Shown here: positions 54,201 through 63,931 of the stretch, one piece after another | Layout of the letters: the number at the start of each line of letters is the position of its first letter | Position numbering within the stretch: the first letter of the stretch is position 1 | NCBI GenBank assembly: GCA_951406725.2 | Contig: OX597832.1 | Span: 2,976,001 to 3,040,000 of the forward strand | DNA: 64,000 bases | Source of the DNA: Octopus vulgaris | Taxonomy: Eukaryota | Reading direction: 5' to 3' | Position numbers and translations under genes: made by a program | Notes under the pieces: generated by a model | What the model saw: the letters and a program-made list of their open reading frames with translations, nothing else | Database searches by the model: none | What the model was told of the DNA's origin: nothing

Positions 54201-57200
54201 CCACCTTGAATTTTAGTCAAACAAATCAACCCCACTATTTATTTTCATTCTTTTAAACCGGGTACTTATTCTTTGGTCTCTTTTGCCGAACTGCTAAGTT
54301 ATGGTGACAAACATATTCACACACACATTTCCGTTTGCCAAATCTACTCACAAGGCTTTGGCCAAACCAAGGCTATAGTAAAAGACACTTGCCCCAAAGT
54401 GTCACACAGTGGGACTGAATCCAGAACCATGTGGTTGGGAAGCAAACTTTTTACCATACTGCCACACCTGTGCCTATGGGAAATAATGGATATATAATTG
54501 TGCAGTGTGTGTATGTATGCACACTTTAATAATAAATTTCATCTTCAATCAAAGTCAGTACTGCAATTTTAGATTGCAGACTCAGTTCCAGTCTATATCC
54601 TTATGTCTTTGTTTTGATCTGTATAAAAATGTGATGATCCACGGTAAGCCTTTAGCATTTAAACTGGCCAGATCTGGCCTCTCATACTTACCCTGCAATG
54701 TTAATTTGAACATTGAAGTCTTGGTACTATGAAACAATGCATTGCATTTGACAGAGTAATCTATTTGATTGCTCTCGATCCATTGGAATTGATGCAGAAT
54801 TAAGAAAAGTGAAATACCTATAACAATTTCTGTATAAAAATAACTATTTTCGAAGTCTAAATATCTGTTTTGCTGTCTGAATATTTAAATATATGCTGTC
54901 TTATCTACTATTTTATTACTGCTACGTAAAGACAAATTTCATTTTAAACTTATGAAGGAATAAGGTACTAAGAAATTTAAATTCCAAGTTTTAGCATTCA
55001 AGACTTGGATGATACATACGTAATGTTTATGGATTCCCTCTACTTCTTTTTTTCAAATAGTGGCTCAGCACTTTTCAAGTTGCATGTGAAGTGTTGCAGT
55101 TGCATTATTATTACTGAGTGAGCAAGCAATGCATGCCAGCATAACACAGGGTTACAAATATACGAAGCCCAATATACCCCTCATGACTACCTGTCTGATA
55201 GGGGTACACCAAGCACAAGCATCACAACCATATGTGCATGACATGGTGATCTCATATCAAGATAAACAGCACATGACCTTGCAGGTGAAGACCAGTTAGA
55301 ATTTTCTTCAGGCTGAGTACCCCATCCTCCTCAAAAGGGGCCTGAATAAGGGTTAAGAATGTTGAATGAAACAACCGATGTTTTCAGAAATGATTTATTC
55401 ACACCAAAAGAATTCCTCTCAACACATGGCTATGATGCTCCCCCACTACTTCTGCTTATGATCAGAGATGTACATTTTGTCAGCCACTAAGGGACATACT
55501 CAACTGGTTATGGTTAAGCAATTGATGAGCAAGTCTGTGGTATTGAGCAGAATATTTGCTGTAGCCCATCTTTTATACTAAGATAAAACATCTACATGAT
55601 AATAACACTACCAATCAGTTATGGTCAGAAGCCATGAGAGTCACTGCCTGTTACTGCATCAGGGCATGATAGCTGCATTATTATTATTATTATTATTTGA
55701 TGATAGGTTTAATTAAAAGCAGTTAAATGCAATATTTAGTCCACGCTTGTTGAGTTGATTGTAAAGATTAGGTTCCAGTTTTTGTTTTTGTTGTGGTTTA
55801 TGTTGTATCAGATCAGTATAGCCGTATCTGTTTTTGTAGAGTGTGCTCCTGTTGGCAGTAATTTATTTTGAATAATACACATGCGCGTACACACACACAC
55901 ATCCATACACATGTATATAGTGTGTGTTTGTGTGCATGTTGCATGTTTATTACAACAAATGAAGCATAACTATTCCGTGTGAAAGTATTTTCATCCTGCT
56001 TAATATATACAATGTTACATCATTAGATATTTAAGTAATAACATTTCTATTGCTGAATGCTTATCAAATTCATATTTTGCTGTATTTTTGTTTTGCATTC
56101 ATTTGAAAAGTAGTTGTTTTAGAACTTGGATTTTTAAACTTGTTAGACATAGCTATTACTTTATTTTCATTTATTATCAGCATAAACTAATATGTATCTT
56201 TTTTTGCCATGCGGTTTTGCATTGAACAGGTCTATAAAATCTTGGTCGTTTCTGTTAGTAATATAAAATCAGTTTTTATTTACTTGTTCCTATCCCTCCT
56301 TTTTTTCTCCTCAAAAAACACAAATTTAACCATGTCTTACTGTCAGTCAACAGTTTTTATTTTTTGTAATTTCCCCTTATCTTCCATTTCCACAATATGA
56401 TTAATAATCTGAAATATTTTTCTTTGCACTCAATTCTAAATTTCACACTTTTCCTAATCTCTTTAGGTTTAATGAAGCTCTTTAACCCTTTAACATTCAG
56501 ATTTCTCTGTCAAATGCAATGCTTATTCACATTGTTTTGAATTAATGATGCATCATCTCATAGCTCTCAGATTTTGATGGTGTGATTGTTAATTTTTAGA
56601 ATGACATAGTAGGATAAGTATGAGAGGCTGGATCTGGCTGGTTAGAACCTAAAATATGTAGAATATTTTGACTGGATATAGTCAGTTTAAATGCTAAAGA
56701 GTTAAATTCATAAAAAAAGAAGAAAAAAAACTTGGTCCTGCAACTTCTACTGTCTTCACTCATGTACATCACTGCATACTTTTTGTATTGAAAAATAATT
56801 ACACAAGTAGTTTTAATATGGAGTCATCTTATTATCACTAATATTACATTTGACATAAATTATAATGGTGAAATAATAGAACTTATTTTCTGGCCCATCT
56901 TCTATTGGACTTCATATATAATGATCAGTTGCCTCTCTTACCAAAATTACCATTATACAAGGTGTATTACAACAGACACACATAATGCAGTTAAAATGGG
57001 TGGGGGTGGGGGTTATTTCCATGATGGAAAATTTCATTTGTTCTTATACCCCAGTAACTTAATTAGTTGTTTTAGTCTTATTAATTTCCCTATTATCTAA
57101 GCTGCCATACTATTTTCCTTTCTGAACTTGAAATTACTTATAAATGAAATGGCTTTTCATTTTAACACACAAATTACATTGTAGCTTTACCTCTTCAAAA

Positions 57201-57204
57201 CTTA

Positions 57205-57235
<31 letters not shown>

Positions 57236-60200
57236 TCACTCACTCACTCACTCTCTCTCTCTCTGTATATATATATATATATATTGTCCTCTGTGATGTA
57301 GTTTAATCACCATTAAAACTTTGATAACTGGTAATATAACTTTGTTTATACCGTCTCAAAGCGTGTATTCTGGATAGTTATCAACTTCCTCTTCCTTCCT
57401 CAGAAATTAAATTGCTCCTTTTTTTTACACCAGGTTTGGTGGAAGTTTATTTAATTTAGGGTCTTAGATATCAGAATTGTCAATACTGAGTTAGTTCTTA
57501 AGTGCTGAACTAGAAACTGTAATCAGTTATGTGCTAGCTAAAAAAAAGGGATGAAATTTAAAATGTTGTTCTTTTTAATCTAACCACTATAGTTCTGCCT
57601 CAGTTAATGTTTGATTTTTGGTTTTAACAAGTCATTCTGTTGAAACTTGAAAAATGTTGGGTTTTTGTTTCATATTTGCTTTTGCTGCAAATGCTGTTTG
57701 GTCAGGAAACAAATCCCATGGGAATGGGGGAAAATGTCCAGTACAAAAGTCTGAGTTATGAAATAGTGATAGTTGATCATGGCCATGTTTTATGTATGAA
57801 GTAAGCGCATCAGAATTTGAATACTTGTGTTCACATTGGCGGAATCAACCAGTAACTGAAAAGGAAAAAAAGAAATAGTTTGTGCTTTCTATATGAAAAG
57901 CTGTTTGTTTTCAAACTTTTTGTCTGACAAATTATTTGAACATATTTCCCTAACTCAGACACTATGTGGAGTAGTTAGACTTGGTGACATTGGAAGCTGA
58001 GTTGATTCTTGGCTAGTCTTCCTCAAGTACAGCTTATAGCCGGTCATTATTCAAGAAAATATGAATTTAACTGAGAATAGAAAAGAAAGGGTGTAAATCT
58101 GTGTTTGTATTTAGTTATTTTGGAGTCAACATTGCCTTTTGCATTCTGCTGCAGTTGGTAAATGGAATAACAGTGAAGTGTTGGAGGTTGATTTAATTGA
58201 CTAAACACCTTCTCGAATATGTTTGTAACCTTATACTGTACTTAGCAATTGTTACTAAATTCAGTAATGTGTCCAGTGCATGTTATTCTCAAGCTCTGAA
58301 AATGCTGCCACTCACTTTAAACTTAGTTTTTCTGTGGCATGTTGTATATGCAAGATACTCTTTGTAGTAAAGTTGTTGAATATCATAAAGAGCTTCAGTA
58401 GCCTTTTCAATTCGCTTTTTTAAAACTCTTCCAGCTTTGTTTTTTTCAATGGCTTGGTAAGGCAGTTTCCTTGGCTTTTTCTGAAAGGTCTCTGAAATGG
58501 ACAGGAGAAATAAATAAAAATGTTTATCCATGGATTGTTGCAATGGTAAGAAGCAACACAGCTCACTCGAGATATCCTCAGTTCAGATACCTACTCTGAC
58601 TACATGCAACAGAAGGGACTTGACTAAAGTCACCTAAAGAACATTTTATCCTTATATATTCTGATACTATGACATTGCTGAGGGTTTTATACAAAACACA
58701 TTCAGTGTTAATATTTACAAAGAATATCATCAAAATGAGTGGAAAGACATAGCACATAAAATATGAAGTAATTCATTCAAAGGTAAAGGTGCTAGAGATG
58801 AAGTTTGTAGTAATATGTGTTGGGTGGTGTGTGGTGGTGAGGCTTGATAGATGGTGTGTGAGATGTGAATTGAGGCATGATAGACATATGTAGTGATGTG
58901 CAATTGAGGTTGCATGTAGTGGTATATGATAAATGGTGAATGTGGAGATAGACATGTGATAGGTAGTGTGTGAGTGTAATGTGTAATAGATGGTGTGTTG
59001 TAATGTGGTGCAATATATCTCTTTTGGATAAGTTTAATCTTACATGGACACGGGCATGTGGCCGAGCAAGTATTGGGTCATCCCATAAATAATGCAGTTT
59101 TTTTATACTTCTTTTCTTTTTCAAAATTAAGATAAAATTTTTTTTAATCTAAAATATACTCTCTTTCATTTTCTACAATACTCTTCCATCTATCTGGTAG
59201 ACTTGCAAGGCTCCTCTTCCAAACTTGTCCGCGACGAAAAGTACTCCTCCAGTACTGTTCTGACCTTGTCTACAGAATTCATATTTTTTCCATCCAAATG
59301 ATTTTGAAGACTGCTGAATGAATGATAATCAGATGGGACAATGTCCGACGAATATGGTGGGTGGAGTATCGTTTCCCATGCAAACTGCTCCAGCCTTTGG
59401 AATGTTATCCTCACTGTATGTGGCCAAGCATTATCCTGATGGAAGAACACCTTTCATCTTGAAATCAAAGATAGTCGTTTTCCTTCTAGCACTGACAAGT
59501 TGCTCAAACTGCTCACAGTAGATCTCTTGAGTTATCGTTTGGTTTGGATTTAAAAGTTCAAAGTGGACTAAACCTTTCATATTCCACCAAACAGATAACA
59601 ACACCTTATGTAGATGAAGACCTTCTTTAGCCTGGGCTGCCAGTGTTTTTCCTTTCCCTACCCACTGTCTTTGGTGCTTGGCATTTTTATAGATAACCCA
59701 TTTCTTGTCACCAGTCACTATTCATTCCAAAAAAGGTTCGTTCATGAGACGTAACAGCAAAGAAGAATACGCATTCACTCTCTGCGCACGATTAGACTCA
59801 GAAAGTTTGTGAGGAATCATTGACCCCATTTGCTGGCTTTTCTGTTGGTGCACAGGTGCCAATGAATGGTCGAATGACCAAATCCAAGCTTGTCTACTAG
59901 TTCCTCAACATTTACAATGGATTTTTGTTCCACCAGGTTTTTCAGGACATCCCTGTTGAGCTCTACAGCTCTTCCAGGACAAGGCTCATCTTCTAGGCTG
60001 TACTTTCTGGCTCAGAATTTCTGGAACCATTATTGTCACTGGTTTATGCTTATTGTCCGACCCCTATATACTGCATTAATATTCCTCGCACTTTCCATTG
60101 TGTTGTTACATTTATTAAATTCATAAAGCAAAATATGCTCCTTTGTCACTTCCATTATAGCTTTGGAAAAATAACTGTTAAAATCAAATTGTACTCTTCA

Positions 60201-61447
60201 AAACTTGCACAAAGAATAAGCACAAGGTAAAATTACTACCTGCTTTTATAGCAAATTTATGCAGGTAGTTTATCCTGTCCCCCTCTGCCTTTTAGTTCAT
60301 ACAATTGAAAAGGCTGCATTATTTATGGGATGACCCTATATCTTCAATCAGACTCTCAGATAAAACTTGGCCTTGTGAATAAAATTAGGTAAACAAAAAC
60401 TGGAAGCCTGTCAGATGTACTTGTTTTAAGGTTGTGTATATTTAAATACCACCATCTGACCCTTAGATGCCTTTAGTAATGGGCACTAAATGTTGTTAAT
60501 CCTTCATCTGTCTGAGAATTAGTTATTGCCTCCTTTGTACTCCTGCCAGGGTTTCTTTTTCCTATTTTCTTAATTAACCTTCAAAGCATTATATGAGTTC
60601 TCTTTCTGACAAAGCCACAGTTAAAAGAAAACTGCTGTTGGGAGCTAGGTTACCTGAGACTTCAGAATGTTTTGAATATTTCTTTATTTGTCTTATTTAT
60701 TTCTCAACACTTTCTTGTCATTGTGGCACTGTTATTTGTGGAGCATGATCTTTTACTCCATAGTTAGTTTCAGTTTTTTGCACTTGATAAAGTACTTGAC
60801 TGCAACTAAAATTACATTTTCTAATGTTTGTCTTGTTGTTCCATTCTAGTTGGTCACTTTTGAGACTCTAGAATGTTCTTATTAATGGTCGCAATCATTT
60901 GATATGGTTGATATTGTTTTTCTGATCTTTGAATGCAAAAAGTTACTTGTAGCATTACCAGACATTTCTTCCTCTGCTTTTTGATGAACAAAAAGAGTTG
61001 GAGGGCATAACATCCATCAGCAGTCATTATTTTAGCTACAAGGTGAAAAGATTTTATATCACTTCCTACTCAGATGTGCTAAGGAACATATAATATCCAT
61101 TTTGTAGTCCTAAACAACTAAAGGGAAAGCCTTATAACCTGGTTTTCCTGTACTGTTTCAGAGATACACACCCAGAAATAAGGTCAATATGTACAACAGA
61201 AATTGGGGTATGGATGCGGAGGTACCCGAATATGTTTTTAGATGATAGCTACTTAAAGTACGTCGGTTGGACATTGCATGACAAGGTAAGTCATGGGTTG
61301 ATGATTTGCTGACATTTTTGCAGGGACACCCAGCCAGAAATAAGAGCAATATGTTCATCAGAGATCGGGGTGTGGATGCGAAAGTACCCTTACATGTTTC
61401 TCGATGATAGCTACTTGAAGTATGTTGGTTGGACATTGCATGACAAG
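11443..61447 (+). CDS. STAG1/2: Cohesin subunit SA / stromalin (STAG1/STAG2 family), 5' portion of a multi-exon gene; continues beyond the window
   Basis: Exons 11443-11786, 15497-15578, 17341-17478, 21922-22095, 23509-23713, 25143-25294, 34219-34292 and 61162-61285 OR 61324-61447 join in frame (phases 2,0,0,0,1,0,2,0). They give STAG-domain and SCD motifs: [83 protein letters not shown]. Confidence 0.95.
13086..14487 (-). mobile_element. Non-autonomous piggyBac element with internal about 174-bp tandem duplication
   Basis: TTAA TSDs (13082-13085, 14488-14491); TIR CCCTTTCGTTAC / GTAACGAAAGGG; duplicated block starting ttccagaccacatcg at 13568 and 13742. Confidence 0.9.
14645..14858 (-). mobile_element. 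tRNA-derived SINE (second family)
   Basis: Reverse complement of the 52101-52315 element (ggccttgtgccaaaatttgaaa tail). Confidence 0.7.
15497..15578 (+). CDS. STAG1/2: SA/STAG coding exon 2 (82 nt)
   Basis: tttctttgtag acceptor, gtaagt donor; [27 protein letters not shown] (acidic SDFE followed by a basic patch, as in SA N-termini). Confidence 0.85.
16190..16710 (+). mobile_element. SINE 3' tail with (GAT)n followed by a full OR-type SINE, embedded in (TA)n
   Basis: ccaacccatgctagcatggaaagcggacgttaaatga(tga)n at about 16190-16295, then a copy of the 4420 family at 16321-16710. Confidence 0.8.
17341..17478 (+). CDS. STAG1/2: SA/STAG coding exon 3 (138 nt)
   Basis: cttgtaatag acceptor, gtaaga donor; SAKRRRGG...[15 protein letters not shown] resembles the STAG 'LFEVVKLGKSAMQ' segment. 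Confidence 0.9.
18276..21889 (-). mobile_element. Degenerate Gypsy-like LTR retrotransposon with both LTRs and a nested piggyBac
   Basis: Direct repeats 18276-18582 and 21553-21889 (TGTT...AACA); PBS-like gtgacgacaagg next to the right LTR; purine tract next to the left LTR on the minus strand; gag remnant QQQQQ...[12 protein letters not shown] (21134-21340). Confidence 0.75.
19720..20915 (-). mobile_element. piggyBac (PGBD4-like DDE) transposase remnant, one end missing
   Basis: ORFs 20229-20636 and 19897-20250: ALDYFLLLF...[40 protein letters not shown]; TIR-like ggtaacaaaagggtt near 20901-20915; homologous to 35802-36877. Confidence 0.85.
21922..22095 (+). CDS. STAG1/2: SA/STAG coding exon 4 (174 nt)
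   Basis: tttattttcag acceptor, gtaaat donor; [33 protein letters not shown]...[11 protein letters not shown]. Confidence 0.97.
22990..23335 (+). mobile_element. RTE-like LINE fragment
   Basis: Broken frames with WPCSI and [19 protein letters not shown]. Confidence 0.55.
23509..23713 (+). CDS. STAG1/2: SA/STAG coding exon 5 (205 nt), STAG domain
   Basis: tttttattgcag acceptor, gtaaag donor; [18 protein letters not shown]...[14 protein letters not shown]. Confidence 0.97.
23870..24385 (+). mobile_element. RTE-clade LINE reverse transcriptase fragment
   Basis: YRGIA...[24 protein letters not shown]...VDFKKAFD...MLKILKAY. Confidence 0.8.
25143..25294 (+). CDS. STAG1/2: SA/STAG coding exon 6 (152 nt)
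   Basis: tctttttgtag acceptor, gtattt donor; [32 protein letters not shown]...KRQE. Confidence 0.97.
25556..26892 (-). mobile_element. Short internally deleted Gypsy-like LTR element; SINE tail inserted in the left LTR (25702-25888)
   Basis: Direct repeats about 25556-25944 and 26667-26892 ending ...acaaca; gag remnant [15 protein letters not shown] similar to 21134-21340; tttctccttttt (minus-strand PPT) after the left LTR. Confidence 0.7.
26988..27830 (+). mobile_element. hAT-Charlie-like transposon 5' end, truncated
   Basis: TIR CAGTGGTTCCCAAAC with gggtcgc/gcgaccc subterminal motifs; ATGGATAAATGGTTAAAAAAG (MDKWLKK) start at about 27725. Confidence 0.6.
28865..30150. repeat. Diverged tandem duplication, about 740-bp unit
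   Basis: Shared blocks aatagcagtgatcacatag (about 28895 and 29634), (GA)n-gagact (about 29195 and 29960), ctactctgcagtgaatg (about 29287 and 30020). Confidence 0.7.
32056..32162. repeat. SINE-tail-derived perfect hairpin (31-bp arms, 9-nt loop)
   Basis: 32092-32122 is the exact reverse complement of 32132-32162. Confidence 0.9.
32192..32542 (+). mobile_element. OR-type SINE copy
   Basis: Same body and tail as 4420-4773. Confidence 0.8.
33241..33442. mobile_element. TTAA-flanked about 200-bp MITE (piggyBac-type)
   Basis: ttaacccttt...ggagggttaa; second copy at 56483-56705. Confidence 0.7.
33900..34190 (+). mobile_element. tRNA-headed short retroelement with 5' fold-back and hammerhead-like motif
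   Basis: A box TGGCGTAGTGG (33930-33940), B box GTTCGATTCC (33975-33984), 15-bp inverted duplication of the head, CTGATGA (34070-34076)...stem...GAAA (34098-34101). Confidence 0.65.
34219..34292 (+). CDS. STAG1/2: SA/STAG coding exon 7 (74 nt)
   Basis: aattttccag acceptor, gtatgt donor; [25 protein letters not shown] (phase 2). Confidence 0.97.
34585..35262 (-). mobile_element. Tc1/mariner-superfamily deleted element
   Basis: TA-CAGGGTG...CACCCTG-TA ends; minus-strand [10 protein letters not shown] and WPPNSPDCN transposase motifs. Confidence 0.75.
35802..36877 (+). mobile_element. Internally deleted piggyBac element
   Basis: TTAA TSDs (35798-35801, 36878-36881); TIR CCCTTTCGTTAC; ORF 36071-36463 is the acidic N-terminus plus LDYFFLLF...TAETNRYA of PGBD4-like transposases. 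Confidence 0.92.
37429..37647. mobile_element. mariner-type MITE
   Basis: TIRs gaaggggtgctgaaaagctcctggc / gtcaggaactttccatcaccccttg, TA flanks. Confidence 0.7.
39860..41420 (+). mobile_element. Degenerate RTE-like LINE (RT region)
   Basis: [59 protein letters not shown]; many stops and frameshifts. Confidence 0.8.
42246..43757 (-). mobile_element. Merlin / IS1595(ISXO2)-like DNA transposon, degenerate full-length copy
   Basis: About 90-bp TIRs (ttctgtcttctgcataatggaattaatatgattatgcaaaaa and its reverse complement); minus-strand CxC..CxxC N-terminus, [28 protein letters not shown]...[11 protein letters not shown]. Confidence 0.85.
43821..44264. mobile_element. Tigger/pogo-like MITE
   Basis: TA-CAGGTCGTCATCGACTTACGACC / GGTCATAAGTCGATGACGACCTG-TA. 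Confidence 0.85.
44296..44375 (-). ncRNA. Degenerate type I hammerhead ribozyme motif (second pLTR copy)
   Basis: Minus strand: tttttgggat-CCGATGA-...-GAAAC-ctaag-GTA-gtcccataaa. Confidence 0.5.
45461..45547 (+). ncRNA. Degenerate type I hammerhead ribozyme motif in a Penelope pLTR
   Basis: Stem I ggccaa..tttttgggat / atctcataaattggcc; core (t)TGACGA; stem II ccataaa/tttatgg; GAAA(A)C-ctaag-GTA. Confidence 0.55.
46931..47081. repeat. AT-rich fold-back inverted repeat
   Basis: 46931-46975 is the reverse complement of 47037-47081 (45 bp), with an inner aaacataaaaataaatataatta palindrome. Confidence 0.85.
48507..48940 (+). mobile_element. Two tandem tRNA-derived SINEs (second family)
   Basis: Heads ggtggtgagcttgcagaac / gagctagcagaatcattagc; shared aataagtac body; tgtgccaaaattt-like tail. 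Confidence 0.7.
48960..49560 (+). mobile_element. RTE-clade LINE 3' end
   Basis: [14 protein letters not shown]...[34 protein letters not shown]; (GA)n tail. Confidence 0.85.
52101..52315 (+). mobile_element. tRNA-derived SINE (second family)
   Basis: ggcagtgagctg...gagttcaaattcc (B box)...ggccttgtgccaaaatttt. Confidence 0.75.
54157..54475 (-). mobile_element. OR-type SINE copy
   Basis: Reverse complement of the 4420/16321 family. Confidence 0.8.
56483..56705. mobile_element. TTAA-flanked MITE, same family as 33241-33442
   Basis: ttaaccctttaacatt...aatgctaaagagttaa; shared ctgtcaaatg and tttagaatgacat blocks. Confidence 0.7.
59073..60338 (-). mobile_element. mariner (DD34D) transposon, full-length but pseudogenised
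   Basis: TIRs gggtcatcccataaataatgcag / ctgcattatttatgggatgaccc with TA flanks; [42 protein letters not shown] motifs split over frames. Confidence 0.93.
61162..61285 (+). CDS. STAG1/2: SA/STAG coding exon 8A (124 nt), SCD; alternative copy A
   Basis: ctgtttcag acceptor, gtaagt donor; (R)[41 protein letters not shown]; phase 2 in, phase 0 out. Not in the ORF track. Confidence 0.93.
61324..61447 (+). CDS. STAG1/2: SA/STAG coding exon 8B (124 nt), SCD; alternative copy B
   Basis: atttttgcag acceptor, gtaagt donor; (R)[41 protein letters not shown]; same length and phase as 8A. Confidence 0.93.
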
Positions 61448-61936
61448 GTAAGTTTGATATTGGTTTAAAAGATTTTGCTATCAAATATCTCTTGTTCATT
61501 CTGTTTTTCTTAGATATACATCAGTTGATGTTCATTCTGAGAGGCTTGTTCAAAATGAAGTACTAGATGTTAAGTATAAAAAAAAGTAGCTGTGGTATTC
61601 TGGTGTGTGCTTAGCTACTTGATTTTAAGTTGATCATAGATCATCACTATACAAGAAGGTTAAAGGAAATAGGTTTTAAGATAGAGTTAAGACTGATGTA
61701 ACTGACTACTTAGCTATAACAAGAAACATCTGAGATGTGAGAGTAATTTTACTGACAAACGACATATGCCAAAAGGAATGTACATTCACTATCAAACAAT
61801 GGTATTAAGATAAATTTCATGATAGGTGGGTGCAGGTGTGTAGAAGGGGGAGAATGCATTTAACCTTTGCAATGAAAGACGTTTTAAATTGAATTATTAC
61901 CAAAGTTCAGCAGTGGGTGGATTAAAGAAGTGAAAA

Positions 61937-61972
<36 letters not shown>

Positions 61973-62392
61973 GCATATATATATATATGCATATATATAT
62001 ATATGCATATATATATATGCATATATATATGCATATATATATATATGCATATATATATATGCATATATATATATATATGCATATATATATATGCATATAT
62101 ATATGCATATATATATATATATGCATATATATATATATGCATATATATATATGCATATATATATATATGCATATATATATATATATATATATGCATATAT
62201 ATATATATGCATATATATATATATGCATATATATATATATGCATATATATATGCATATATATATATGCATATATATATATGCATATATATATATGCATAT
62301 ATATATATGCATATATATATATATATGCATATATATGCATATATATATATGTATATATATATATATGCATATATATATATGCATATATATGC

Positions 62393-62424
<32 letters not shown>

Positions 62425-63184
62425 GCATATATATATACATATATATATATACATATATATATATATGCATATATATATATATGCATATATATATATATGC
62501 ATATATATATATGCATATATGTATATATATATGCATATATGTATATATATATGCATATATGTATATATATATATGCATATATGTATATATATATGCATAT
62601 ATGTATATATATATGCATATATATGTATATATGTATATATATATATGCATATATGTATATATATATGCATATATGTATATATATATGCATATATATGTAT
62701 ATATATATGCATATATATGCATATATATATATATATATGCATATATATATATATGCATATATATATGCATATATATATATGTATATATATATATGCATAT
62801 ATATATATGCATATATATATATGCATATATATGCATATATATATATATACTACAAAATTAGAGAATGGAGAAACATACTTAAATCAATAAAACATCAACT
62901 ATCCGATATATATATATATGCATATATATATATATGCATATATATATATATATGCATATATATATATATGCATATATATATATATATGCATATATATATA
63001 TATATGCATATATATATATATATGCATATATATATATATATGCATATATATATATATATGCATATATATATATATGCATATATATATATATGCATATATA
63101 TATATATATGCATATATATATATATGCATATATATATATATATATGCATATATATATATATATGCATATATATATATTAATATA

Positions 63185-63220
<36 letters not shown>

Positions 63221-63571
63221 TATATATATATGCATATATATATATGCATATATATATATATGCATATATATATGCATATATACATATATATATATATATA
63301 CATATATATGCATATATATATACATATATATACATATATATATACATATATATGCATATATATATACATATATATATACATATATATGCATATATATATA
63401 CATATATATGCATATATATATACATATATATGCATATGTATATATATATATATATATATATGCATATATATATATGCATATATATATATATATGCATATA
63501 TATATATGCATATATATATATATGCATATATATATATATGCATATATATATATATGCATATATATATATGC

Positions 63572-63604
<33 letters not shown>

Positions 63605-63620
63605 AGCATATATATATATA

Positions 63621-63688
<68 letters not shown>

Positions 63689-63786
63689 TATATATATATA
63701 TATATGCATATATATATATATATGCATATATATATATGCATATATATATATGCATATATATATATATATATATGCATATATATATA

Positions 63787-63843
<57 letters not shown>

Positions 63844-63860
63844 GCATATATATATATATA

Positions 63861-63931
<71 letters not shown>

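Noticed and set aside
59190-59718. SETMAR-like host gene
   Set aside because: Frameshifted mariner transposase between TIRs, with no SET domain.
61162-61447. Exon duplication as assembly error or haplotype artefact
   Set aside because: 17% divergence concentrated at synonymous sites, with unrelated intronic flanks, is not expected from allelic or assembly duplication.
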